Shown here one piece after another: positions 29,601 to 36,874 of a stretch of DNA of 64,000 nt. The notes under the pieces were generated by a model. It searched no databases. It was not told the origin of the DNA and saw only the letters and a program-made list of their open reading frames with translations. A program made the position numbers and the translations under genes. Source of the DNA: Candidatus Falkowbacteria bacterium (GTDB taxonomy: Bacteria > Patescibacteriota > Patescibacteriia > UBA11705); the NCBI GenBank assembly GCA_003518055.1, contig DOZJ01000003.1, forward strand, positions 2,046-66,045, read 5' to 3'. The stretch's first letter is position 1; each line of letters starts with the position of its first letter.

Positions 29601-30647
29601 ATGCAAAAATCATATACGGCTCCGGCTACTGGCTTATACGCGCCGTTATCAGGTGAGTCAGTCAATATATCAGTTACCGATAACAATGGTCAGCAGATTA
29701 CCAATTTAAACGATGACGTGGAGTTGACTCTAGATTATTTGACTACAAGTTTACCGAGCGGAATTTCCGAAGGCGATTTGATTCCGGCTTATTGGGATAC
29801 TACAACAAATCAATGGATCCCGCTCAGCGGAGTGCAGAATTCGTCAGACAACTCATTTACAGCTCAAACCAATCACTTTACCATTTTTGGTGTGGTTTAT
29901 TCCCCGCTGTCAGTAACGACAGCATCTGGCAGCAGTCGATCCAGCCAGGAGGCGTCACAAGAGCTTGTTGATTCGATAACCGGTGATGGCTCTGGTAGTT
30001 CGACATCGATTCCGGCGACTGAAGAAACGACAGAGCCGGAAACCGCAGAACCGGAGTTAATACCCGATGAGTCAGTAACGGAAACACCTGAGACGTCCGT
30101 GGAAGCTGAAGAAGAGATGGTGAAAACATATACCCCGGATTTACCGGCAGAGCGTGATTTGGATAATGAACGAGACGCCATAAGTCGATATATCAGTTTG
30201 GAGAAAGAATTACCAACTGGTGATGACTGGAAGGTTGTCCAATTCATCAGCTACGGAAGTACGTCTGTGACTGAAGTTTTGACGACTCGGGAGCGTTCTG
30301 GTTTAGTATCTGATTATAAGGATTTGTACGGCCATTTACCGGTGACCGAGACTGATTGGAAGGATATAGATTTGATTGCTCGCGGTGAACAACCGACCCG
30401 GATTTTGACGCTTGAGGCATCAGCTATCAAGGAATTCGTAATGATTTATGGTCGATTGGTCAATTTTCAGACAGCAGCAGATGAGGATTTTATTCATATG
30501 GTGGCTTATCGCTATCGAGTGGAACAACGCGATTTGGCCAGGGAAAATACGGCTTTGGGCATATTTTCTAAGGCTTATGGTCATCTGCCCAATTCAACCC
30601 ACTTTTGGTCGGTATTGAGAGCTATATCCTATGCTAACGTGGAATAA
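23694..30647 (+). CDS. Giant (2317-aa) N-anchored surface protein with an LTD, bacterial Ig-like and carboxypeptidase-regulatory-like repeats, and the same C-terminal domain as 21033-23210
   Basis: Signal-anchor LLIAFLMVFILGTTGYLTLI. LTD LLISEVKFTGEVGGNYVELYNRSG...SFERKAIF...NGFDSDDNNWDFV. Many ~90-aa beta-rich repeats (e.g. ...NTSNVTFKRG...DINGNAF..., ...YTISGKVTDSSNNP...DSSGNYVLYV...). Acidic T/E linker. C-terminus ...FWSVLRAISYANVE. Confidence 0.6.
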   Translation: MIHMKKTNRRSRSNHNLLIAFLMVFILGTTGYLTLIKPLAVKAGTSPLLISEVKFTGEVGGNYVELYNRSGSALSTEENVGVQYKFPSGEWTNLHVAFSNESIPASGFVLFGTAGGDLAFADEAAFNTAMAANNNSINGLSLRLCAILSSCVDGNLLDVVGFGSSSTTEGTAISLTDWDPSKSFERKAIFDSTVGAMIAGGEDETAGNGFDSDDNNWDFVMQSTGNPQNLSSAVESLDNAVFEDVVPFIDHGQVFSYHDNADLYLFAAIYDDSNIATTGAKIFYRVGTSGVFTQADSTKTVGAYDLTGSAWYAFVIPQASLQSAVSGGGVVQYYLQVTDGENTATMPDYNPSTTPFNIGVTDDYAGVKSFSGVITDSQLNFVRALVLIENSGFYAVSSAENGAYSFSSLPTSYEPDGAYRVIMVAPNYSSAMVSGMNGSTTVNAQLPLSYGDFGGGDFVGPYVNYTAPNAEMFGAPVAICNLNTSPESLPAGVNFCSPIMVGFSEAMNSGTVNTTNVKLYNFTTSAYVDNLGITATAQDNEFQVFSTTPLSVNTTYALILTTDVRDQAGNALVGNRSDGSYEITFTTGGAAFTGGGGQTFGSGQFQPPFVRTVSPNSGSFNIAMNANVLVDFTTAVNVESANLARVNLVDLDSSEVVSLTRTYSNDKTKIILNPNSTLSANQDYEIRVAGSFESSVGVTLGDPQNSQNTDDYVFFRSSFTTGSTLDSTGPRVLGTLPASAQTDVAVGLGSIEIGVSESLDAATVNTSNVTFKRGSTNIAADIEYDEASKTIRLFPSSALTANASHTVAVKTDVTDINGNAFNSDNDGTNGEVDDIYTFQFTTSSTIETTAPTVTNVRCDDYQCVVTYSEAMNRVTVTDTTDWVDSVGKWETSVLNRLNYSISVDKGAGLATVDITEATFKYDGNTNSVIISNLRLYEDVVDLNNPVPLTLSVYNAAGPADGVRDIVGNVIAASISISGTVESSAQTQGFIGPGATGFGTSGVSDFGMHSAATMGEKPIGVFPMNSLAGVTSRYFVDLPVTTVIPNGGKIELTFPNGFDITNAVIDTNSPMNNDISRGSSTMTLSCVGTQATRTITCTTTGASDANDYLSFELKTIINSSIPKDFNTSGYTVDVKTKSADGLTLLESMTTMPFFVTAAGSNSITVKVYAGGQLDATTGTDDIDDVTMNLFVGSPMTGPMDQTITFTNGYATTTISNLPAGEYFVFTEPSMTIGANEYVGVSPEQFSLNNNVTKSFSLSKMDNSTAAPLTVKITGAFGETEDIDIFAGSSKGFVVKTISDIGTVTNQSYTLYLPYNSDWSIGLGPAMPKGAISGQVAMPDWMPPKNKMVRVTGVGETVALTNMETQADVTSAGVSFTVASADYQINGSVVDGNDQGIANAELWAYQPMGFGGSGNNTRATTGGNFSLKVAEYGTYKVGAFLPGIPQSPELTLEVKVNTGAIDGNASADVYLNGTLITAGSPFKIKLRKADYTISGKVTDSSNNPMQYAPIWAEESTTKQTVNAMTDSSGNYVLYVGNGTWVVRSAVPFGSNICGSLTKTVTISSASKSGQNLQPSSSTCYTLSGTVTIGGSVVTGAPVFIDEWSGTLASGNPIGVFRDSRTDSAGQYSTRISNGTYRVGTWSEDYGERAILVTVNGQDSTANHITVEVADLKTLTVNFTGGASDMTGFMEVRNATSTERRGRPINDLSNAEIIQVSAGTYNVFVHIDGVGDFSQSSVDLTANAVITFNVSSVTRFGITGTVEDVDGNPIESAWVWVHDPNSNYRTGAATNSSGAYTLSVKEGSGMKIGVDKPNYVSPAPRTLNVTEAATIDFTDAENAALTATNYVVSGTVTGTNLTEGFVWAETATGGWSGSPIDLDGTFSLPVTNGTWTLKGIAPLHAQTTYSGSITINNDSVTGLSFPLTVDVTKTVKTAINSITPSVGGVIQDDTVGAKVVVPPNALGSGSTSGNMTMQKSYTAPATGLYAPLSGESVNISVTDNNGQQITNLNDDVELTLDYLTTSLPSGISEGDLIPAYWDTTTNQWIPLSGVQNSSDNSFTAQTNHFTIFGVVYSPLSVTTASGSSRSSQEASQELVDSITGDGSGSSTSIPATEETTEPETAEPELIPDESVTETPETSVEAEEEMVKTYTPDLPAERDLDNERDAISRYISLEKELPTGDDWKVVQFISYGSTSVTEVLTTRERSGLVSDYKDLYGHLPVTETDWKDIDLIARGEQPTRILTLEASAIKEFVMIYGRLVNFQTAADEDFIHMVAYRYRVEQRDLARENTALGIFSKAYGHLPNSTHFWSVLRAISYANVE

Positions 30648-30710
30648 TTAGATAAGAAAAAAAGGGCTCTTGGCTCTCTTTTTTCTTTGTGGTATACTTT
30701 TTTTAGCTAA

Positions 30711-30986
30711 GTGAGTCGTGATAATCAGTTTATTAAATTTTGTGATGTAAGTATGTCAATTTTAGAAAAAATATTTTCGAGTAAAAAATTGTTTCAGTAT
30801 TTTGTTTTGGTGGTGGTGACCTTGTTTTTGGTCAATTTGATTTTAACGGTAATATTATTGACAAAAGTTACAACGTTAAGAGGCGCCGTTGATACTTACC
30901 AATCAAAGGAATCGCAAATGTTAAATCAAATTTACGGCCGAACGTGGACGATTCAGGGGGCTTTGGAAACGAAGAACAACAATTAG
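30711..30986 (+). CDS. Small membrane protein (91 aa)
   Basis: One TM (FQYFVLVVVTLFLVNLILTVILL). It sits between the giant gene and the HExxH gene. Confidence 0.4.
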   Translation: MSRDNQFIKFCDVSMSILEKIFSSKKLFQYFVLVVVTLFLVNLILTVILLTKVTTLRGAVDTYQSKESQMLNQIYGRTWTIQGALETKNNN

Positions 30987-31001
30987 ATATTAACAGATCC
31001 G

Positions 31002-31400
31002 TCACGAGCGAAAATATTGGCTGAAGTACGGATCTTTTTTTATTTTGATGATGTTTTTATCGACTTGATGATAAAACGCCGGATAATGCTGTCTGACAAT
31101 CATGCGGCCGCGGTATTTTTGATAATATGGCGGTTTTTGGATGTGGGCAATTTCATGAGCGAGGGTTCTGAGTAAAGTATTAATGCTTTTGGGTTTATTG
31201 GTCTTTGGTGTCAGGACATCAAGCGCGATAGTCTTTTTTTGGAAATTGATATACCCCAAAATTAATCTCTTGCCGGTTGCTGATTGACGGCGGCTGATGA
31301 TTCGTAGTTTGTATTCATCATAGCCAAAAAGTTTTCTCACGATTTGGTGAAAAATCAACTCGACAAATTCAAGGTAGCGGTCATTTTTGTAGGCTGGCAT
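31002..31400 (-). CDS. HExxH zinc-metallopeptidase-like protein (DUF45/YgjP/SprT-like), 132 aa
   Basis: ...LRTLAHEIAHIQKPPYYQKYRGRMIVRQHYPAFYHQV... : HExxH followed by an H..(F/Y)(W/Y) segment as in DUF45/M48-like families. Confidence 0.5.
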   Translation of the reverse strand: MPAYKNDRYLEFVELIFHQIVRKLFGYDEYKLRIISRRQSATGKRLILGYINFQKKTIALDVLTPKTNKPKSINTLLRTLAHEIAHIQKPPYYQKYRGRMIVRQHYPAFYHQVDKNIIKIKKDPYFSQYFRS

Positions 31401-31429
31401 AGATTAAACAGAAATTAGGGGGAAATTAA

Positions 31430-31530
31430 ACCCCGCTCAAGTTGGATCTGGCGGGGTAACTCTAACTACAAAAGTTTGGCGGGTTGGGTTAGTTTTTACA
31501 AAAGTTTGGCGAGGTAAGGTTGTAAATTGG
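31430..31530. repeat. Copies of the GTAACTNTAACTAC(A/G)GAAGTTTGGCGG repeat family
   Basis: ggcggggtaactctaactacaaaagtttggcgggttgggttagtttttacaaaagtttggcgagg. Confidence 0.6.
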
Positions 31531-31532
31531 AA

Positions 31533-32756
31533 TTATGGAAGATACAGCAGCGGATCGACTGGGATACCATTGAGACGGACTTCAAAGTGAAGGTGCGGTC
31601 CGGTGGTCAGGTTGCCGGCGCCGGGTGTCCCAGGGGCGCCGCCGCTTAGGCCAATAACTTCACCTTTGGATACATATTCATCCACAGAGACATAAAGGGC
31701 GCTGACGTGGCCGTAGACGGTCGAGAGGCCATTGGCATGGATTAGAGCAATATAGCTGTACCCCATTCCGGCATCTCGGGCTTTGAGTACATAACCATCG
31801 GCAGAGGCTCTGATCGGAGTGGATTGGGCTGCTCGGATATCGATGGCCGGATGTTCAAAAATATGACGAAAGGGATAAGATTTGTCGTGAAAATAGGCGG
31901 TTACCGTATTTTTTGTTACTGGCCAAATTAGAGTGCTGTCTGTCAGGGCCGGTTGTTCGGTGTCAGTGGCGGCGTCAATTTGTTCTCGTTTAAGTTTTTC
32001 GAGATTATAAATTTCGTTATTGGCCGCTTCTTGTTCTTGTTTGGCCTGCCAGAAAAGATCGTAAAATTTTTGTTCTGACTCTTTGGTGTCAAACAGCAGA
32101 TCATCTTTATAATTGACTTCGCCCGCGAATTCCGCTTGCTGAATTTTTAATTCTTGTTTTAAATCGGTTAATTGCGTGTGTTTTTTGTCCATGTCGGATT
32201 TCTGGGTTTCAAGCTCCCCTTTTAGCCGTTTGATGCTATCAAGGGATTTTTGAAGGTTGTTGGATAATATTTTGGTGTTTTCAAGATGAATGAAAAAATC
32301 CGAGAGTGAATTGTTTAGAACAAAAATTTCTAGCGCGCCGGTGTCGTTTTGATAATGAAGGTGTTTCAGCGTTTCGCCTAACTCCCCTTTTTTCTTGTCG
32401 ATTTCATTCTCATGAGTCAAAATCTGCAATTCTGTTTGCCGGATTTCCAACTCGTTTTTTTTGACTTCTTGCTCGGTGGTCTCAATTTCGAGCTTGGTTT
32501 GGGCGATTTTATTGGTCAGAACGTCAATTTGATTTTGCAGGGATACGGCTTCTTCTTGTTTCTGCTGGATGTTTTTTTTGTAGATAGCTTGTTGCTTTTC
32601 CAATTCTTGAATTTTTTCTTGCGTAGATTTGATTTGGCTGTCGAGGTCATCAACGGTTTGAGCTATGATTGGGAGTCTCGGCAAAAGAAAAAATATACTT
32701 ATAACCGATAAGCCGCCAATCCATTTGATAGATTGTTTGAAATAGGATTTCATCAC
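31533..32756 (-). CDS. M23-family peptidase with an N-terminal coiled-coil (EnvC/LytM-like murein hydrolase or activator)
   Basis: Signal/TM, long heptad-rich region (KIQELEKQQAIYKKNIQQKQEE...). C-terminal LytM domain ...HANGLSTVYGHVS...GPHLHFEVRLNGIPVDP. Confidence 0.7.
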   Translation of the reverse strand: MMKSYFKQSIKWIGGLSVISIFFLLPRLPIIAQTVDDLDSQIKSTQEKIQELEKQQAIYKKNIQQKQEEAVSLQNQIDVLTNKIAQTKLEIETTEQEVKKNELEIRQTELQILTHENEIDKKKGELGETLKHLHYQNDTGALEIFVLNNSLSDFFIHLENTKILSNNLQKSLDSIKRLKGELETQKSDMDKKHTQLTDLKQELKIQQAEFAGEVNYKDDLLFDTKESEQKFYDLFWQAKQEQEAANNEIYNLEKLKREQIDAATDTEQPALTDSTLIWPVTKNTVTAYFHDKSYPFRHIFEHPAIDIRAAQSTPIRASADGYVLKARDAGMGYSYIALIHANGLSTVYGHVSALYVSVDEYVSKGEVIGLSGGAPGTPGAGNLTTGPHLHFEVRLNGIPVDPLLYLP

Positions 32757-32826
32757 AATTATTATAACAGATTTTGTTTAAAATGTGAATTCGGCTGTTG
32801 AAATAAAAAAACAGCCCCATGAGGGG

Positions 32827-34362
32827 CTATTGTTGACTAAGGTTTAATAGAGCGTGTTTTAACCGGTTAAGGCATTTGGTTTTGCCCAGAACTCCGGCGA
32901 TTTCGAATGGTCCGGGTGATTTTTCCCGGCCGGACAGGGCAACCCGAAGCGGCCAAAGCACATCACCATTTTGAAGGTTGTTGTGATCAATCATGTTTCT
33001 GATTTCTTTTTCGAGTTGGTCGGCGGTAAAGTGATCTTCCGGTGTTTTGATGAGTATTTCAAGGAGATATTGCAGGGCTTGGATGGTGGTGTCTTTGTCC
33101 GATTTTTTAAAAATTAACATTGTCGGATCAAGGTCCAGTTTGGCTGGGAAGACAAATTTGATCGCGTCGGAAATTTCGTTCAGGCGGCGGATGCGATTTT
33201 TTTCCAGCGAACAATAACGTTTAATGTCATTAAAGGTAATTTTTTCTTTGGTTAGCCGGTTGGTGTATTTGTTGTCGCTTTCATCGGTAACTAATTCAGC
33301 TGAGATTAAATAAGGTATACATTCGGTTGTGAATTGATCGTCGGATAAGCCTCGGAGATATACGCCATTGATCCAATCCAATTTTTCCAGATCAAAAACC
33401 GCGCCTTTTTTGTGGACATTATCAAGAGAAAATTGTTTGATCATCTCGTCGCGCGTATAAACTTCTTGTTCAGTCCCCGCGTTCCAGCCGAGCAAAGCAA
33501 TGAAATTTATTAAAGCGTCTTTCAAAAAGCCGGCTTGGATAAAGTCTTTGACGGAGACGTCGCCGTCGCGCTTACTCATTTTCTTTTTATTATTGTTGAG
33601 AATTTGGGGTAGGTGCGCGAAAACCGGAGCCTGCCAACCGAAAGATTCATATAACAAAACATGTTTTGGCGTGCTGGCAATCCATTCATCGCCGCGCATG
33701 ATGTGCGTGATTTTCATCAAGTGGTCGTCAATGATGTTGGCAAAGTGATAGGTCGGGAAACCGTCTGTTTTTACTAAGACAAAATCATCCAGATCTTTGG
33801 TGTTGACTTTGATGGCGCCGCGGATCGTGTCTTCAAATACAACCTCTTTTTCCTCAGGCATTTTGAATCGGATGACAAATGGGGCTTTTTGTTTTAACTT
33901 TTGTGTCACTTCGTCTTTTGATAAATGGCGGCACAAACCATCGTATTTGGGCGGCAGATTATCTTTTTTTTGCTGTTCGCGGAGATCGTCCAAGCGTTCT
34001 TTGGAACAGAAACAATAGTAGGCTTTATTTTTGGCCAGTAAAGTTTTTATGTGTTTTTGGTAAATGTCCAGACGTTCAGATTGAACATAGGGTCCATAGT
34101 CCCCTTTTTGATTGATTTTACCGTTGTCCAGATATGGTCCTTCATCATAGTCTAAACCAGCCCACTCCAAGGTCTGAAGCAGGTCTTCGAGGGCGCCCGG
34201 CACAAACCGCGTGCGGTCGGTGTCTTCGATGCGAACAATAAAGGTGCCGTCTTGATGACGAGCGAAAAGATAGTTGTATAAGATAGTGCGCAGATTGCCG
34301 ATGTGGACATAGCCGGTCGGGCTAGGGGCAATACGGACGCGGATGTTGGTGTTGGTGGGCAT
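32827..34362 (-). CDS. gltX: Glutamate--tRNA ligase
   Basis: RIAPSPTGYVHIGNLRT (HIGH motif) and KMSKRDG (KMSKS motif). 511 aa. Confidence 0.85.
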   Translation of the reverse strand: MPTNTNIRVRIAPSPTGYVHIGNLRTILYNYLFARHQDGTFIVRIEDTDRTRFVPGALEDLLQTLEWAGLDYDEGPYLDNGKINQKGDYGPYVQSERLDIYQKHIKTLLAKNKAYYCFCSKERLDDLREQQKKDNLPPKYDGLCRHLSKDEVTQKLKQKAPFVIRFKMPEEKEVVFEDTIRGAIKVNTKDLDDFVLVKTDGFPTYHFANIIDDHLMKITHIMRGDEWIASTPKHVLLYESFGWQAPVFAHLPQILNNNKKKMSKRDGDVSVKDFIQAGFLKDALINFIALLGWNAGTEQEVYTRDEMIKQFSLDNVHKKGAVFDLEKLDWINGVYLRGLSDDQFTTECIPYLISAELVTDESDNKYTNRLTKEKITFNDIKRYCSLEKNRIRRLNEISDAIKFVFPAKLDLDPTMLIFKKSDKDTTIQALQYLLEILIKTPEDHFTADQLEKEIRNMIDHNNLQNGDVLWPLRVALSGREKSPGPFEIAGVLGKTKCLNRLKHALLNLSQQ

Positions 34363-34370
34363 AAACTACG

Positions 34371-34600
34371 AAAGTTAGATTGTCAGATGTGAATTAGGGT
34401 GTAACTATAACTACGGAAGTTTGGCGGGGTAACTGTAACGGCGGAAGTTTGGCGGGGTAACTGTAACTACGGAAGTTAGGCGGGTGTAACTGTAACTACG
34501 GAAGTAACTATAACTACGGAAGTTAGGCGGGGGTAACTGTAACTACGGAAGTAACTGTAACTACGGAAGTTAGGCGGGGTAAGTTAAGGTTTATTTAAGT
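34371..34600. repeat. Tandem array of seven or more directly abutting ~28-nt units, (G)GGTAACTGTAACTACGGAAGTT(T/A)GGCGG
   Basis: ggtgtaactataactacggaagtttggcgg / ggtaactgtaacggcggaagtttggcgg / ggtaactgtaactacggaagttaggcgg / gtgtaactgtaactacggaagtaactataactacggaagttaggcgg / gggtaactgtaactacggaagtaactgtaactacggaagttaggcgg. There are no unique spacers. Confidence 0.8.
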
Positions 34601-34976
34601 TTGGATTTATTATACGATAAATGTTAACATTTTTTTGATTAAAGTGAACTAATAAACCAAGTTTTATTCCCGACAATTTTAAATATTCTTTGACTTGATA
34701 AAAATGCTTTTGGGAAATTAGGGATGAGGCTTTAATTTCTATAATAATACAATCTTCAATCAGAAAGTCAATCTTACGATAAGTAATCTCACGACCGTAT
34801 AATTGAAGTGGAATTTTGGATTCTTTTACGTAATTTATTGTTTTTTGTTTGAGTAGTGATTCAAGTAGTTGACAATATGATGCTTCCCTGAGACCGTAAC
34901 CGAGTTGTTTGTATATTTGATAAAATAGTCCGTTCAAGACATATGAAAGATCCTCAAAATAAAAATGAGTCTGCAT
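34584..34976 (-). CDS. GxxExxY-family protein
   Basis: ...YKQLGYGLREASYCQLLE... (G-x-x-E-x-x-Y) and ...LKLSGIKLGLLVHFN... match the GxxExxY family signature. Confidence 0.6.
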   Translation of the reverse strand: MQTHFYFEDLSYVLNGLFYQIYKQLGYGLREASYCQLLESLLKQKTINYVKESKIPLQLYGREITYRKIDFLIEDCIIIEIKASSLISQKHFYQVKEYLKLSGIKLGLLVHFNQKNVNIYRIINPNLNKP

Positions 34977-35105
34977 ATGGTTTATTATACCATATGGTGA
35001 TAAGTATGGTAAGATAACGGCTGATAAAATAATTATTGTTTGTGTGCGTTAACAGTTAAAAAATACTTATTTTAGCTAAACTTCCGTAGTTATCGTTATA
35101 CCCTA

Positions 35106-35134
35106 TTGACAAATTATAATAAGTATGATATAAT
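35106..35134 (+). promoter_or_regulatory. Consensus sigma70 promoter
   Basis: TTGACA (35106-35111), 17 nt, TATAAT (35129-35134). Confidence 0.5.
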
Positions 35135-35295
35135 GGCTAATCAAGCTGAGAAATTCATTGGCACATTGGCATTCATATATAAGACATTTGGATCTTTTTG
35201 TTGAGGGGTAACTGTAACTACGGAAGTATTACTACTAACGTTTTTACATTCATATAGTATATCGCTTGTCGTGATATTATATATAAAGACACCTC

Positions 35296-35324
35296 TTGAC
35301 AAAATGATTTAGATGTGATATAAT
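35296..35324 (+). promoter_or_regulatory. Consensus sigma70 promoter feeding a ~355-nt leader and the high-GC ORF
   Basis: TTGACA (35296-35301), aaatgatttagatgtga (17 nt), TATAAT (35319-35324). Confidence 0.55.
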
Positions 35325-35682
35325 GTTAAGCATGAACTTTGATATAACCATAACTACCAGACTACGCTGAAGCTACGTCTGGCACAGCGAAAGTTTAGCA
35401 GCAGCAAGAAGGCAGCAACTATTATTGAATTTGAGTTTGTGTCAACCTGAACTTGTTTCAGGTTCTACAAAATCAGATTCAATGATGGTTGTGAGATGTC
35501 TCCAACCTGTCCGGTGTAAATGGTCAAGACCAAAGAACTTCTTAAGCTTCACTCTGGTCCCCACATATCAAAACCGGGACCTATGAGCCGATTAGCGGCT
35601 GACAAAAGTGAAGTCGAAGATCAGCGGTCAAGACCAACCAAATCGTTTTTGGGGCACAGCCCCGCTTCATGGAGGAATCCAG

Positions 35683-36768
35683 ATGACCGAGCAGAGCACC
35701 CGCATCTCCACCCTCGTCGACTACGTCAACAACCACGGCACGTCGATCCGGCCCAACGTCATGGTCGAGTCCGATCTCGTCACCGGGCGCCCCTTCCCCG
35801 CGCGTTTCGCGCGGGTGCTGGTGGCGACCCAGCAGCTGTTCAACAACATCGACGTGAAGATGCTGCAGGAGCAGATTTTCAGGCTCAACGGCGAGCAGCG
35901 CGACGCCGGCAAGCCGATGCTCGACGGCAGCCACATCACGCTCAGCGAGGCGCTCGCGAACGCCGCGGCGGTCATCAAGTACCGCGACGCCATCGACCCG
36001 CTCCTGATCAACCGCGACGCGCGACTCACCGGCTTCCAGGTGTCCGAGCTGTCGCTCGACCCGACGGAGCTGGAGAAGCACCTCGCGGCAGGCGCCGGCA
36101 CGATCGACATGACCCGTGTCGCGGCCTGGTCCAAGAAGCAGAGCCTCTACGAGGCCGCGCTCGCGGCCCGCGCGGCGATCTTCGACGACCTGCGCAGCCG
36201 CGACGTCACCCCCGAGGAGCCCAACGGCTGGAGCCTGGCCCAGTGCCAGACGTCCGACTTCTGGGCGGCCTACGAGGAGGCGATCAAGGCCTTCGCGGTC
36301 GAGGTCGGCTTCGAGTGGGACGGCACGCCGACCACGCCGACTCCGCCGGTCTACCCCGTCACGGTCGTCCGCGTGTTCCACCGGGACGACATGTCGACCG
36401 GCTTCCGGTACATCCCCATGGTGGCGGACGGTCGGCACAAGGCGGCCGTGCAGATCCTCTGGGAGCAGCACGTCGAGTGGTCCCAGGAGCGCCAGAAGCC
36501 GCCGACGTTCTACCGCCGGTTCGTGTCGGAGGTCTGCGTCCCCCTGAACCTGCTGCAGGACATGCTCCGCAGCGAGGGCGTCAAGGACGACCGGCCGACG
36601 GTCGAGGCGAAGGTCTCGAGCCTCGCCGCGTCCCTGTCCGCCATTAGGGACAACCGGAACGCCGAGTACGAGGGCGGCCGGCGCAACCGCGACGAGGACA
36701 ACGACCGCCGCGGCAGCCGGGGCAAGCGCGGCAACACCCGCCAGAACCACCCCTACTCCCGCGGCTGA
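35683..36768 (+). CDS. Hypothetical 361-aa protein encoded at ~66% GC (GC3 >90%); probable foreign (horizontally acquired) gene
   Basis: GGAGG (35671-35675) then ATG at 35683. Codons are almost all G/C-ending (gtc gag tcc gat ctc gtc acc ggg cgc ccc...). C-terminal R/G/D/N-rich tail ...GGRRNRDEDNDRRGSRGKRGNTRQNHPYSRG. Overlapping ORFs on other frames and the other strand (35520-36647, 35581-36840 etc.) are high-GC artefacts. Confidence 0.6.
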   Translation: MTEQSTRISTLVDYVNNHGTSIRPNVMVESDLVTGRPFPARFARVLVATQQLFNNIDVKMLQEQIFRLNGEQRDAGKPMLDGSHITLSEALANAAAVIKYRDAIDPLLINRDARLTGFQVSELSLDPTELEKHLAAGAGTIDMTRVAAWSKKQSLYEAALAARAAIFDDLRSRDVTPEEPNGWSLAQCQTSDFWAAYEEAIKAFAVEVGFEWDGTPTTPTPPVYPVTVVRVFHRDDMSTGFRYIPMVADGRHKAAVQILWEQHVEWSQERQKPPTFYRRFVSEVCVPLNLLQDMLRSEGVKDDRPTVEAKVSSLAASLSAIRDNRNAEYEGGRRNRDEDNDRRGSRGKRGNTRQNHPYSRG

Positions 36769-36841
36769 CCGCAACCAACCCACCTCCCGATCTTTCCGTC
36801 TCGAATCTGAGGCATCACAAGCGAAAAACTCTACGAACATA

Positions 36842-36874
36842 AAGACCTAGCATTGCCTGGGTCTTTTTCGTTTT
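36842..36874 (+). terminator. Rho-independent terminator after the high-GC ORF
   Basis: aagacc-tagcattgcctg-ggtctt followed by tttcgtttt. Confidence 0.55.

Noticed and set aside
34371-34600. Possible CRISPR array (regular ~28-nt repeats).
   Set aside because: Units abut directly or are separated only by other copies of the same sequence. There are no unique spacers, no leader, and no cas genes in the window. The same unit is scattered singly through many intergenic regions. It behaves as an interspersed/tandem repeat family, not a CRISPR.
35325-35682. Retron msr/msd or ToxIN-like antitoxin RNA in the long leader.
   Set aside because: No reverse transcriptase, no a1/a2 long inverted repeats, no tandem ~36-nt repeats. 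It was kept only as a possible cis-regulatory leader.
35520-36840. Five additional long ORFs overlapping the high-GC gene on other frames and the opposite strand (35520-36647, 35581-36840 minus, 35721-36134 minus, 36116-36547, 36510-36737 minus).
   Set aside because: Their Arg/Pro/Gly/Ala-rich translations and lack of starts with an RBS are the usual artefact of stop-codon depletion in high-GC DNA. Only the 35683 frame has a GGAGG-ATG and a protein-like composition.
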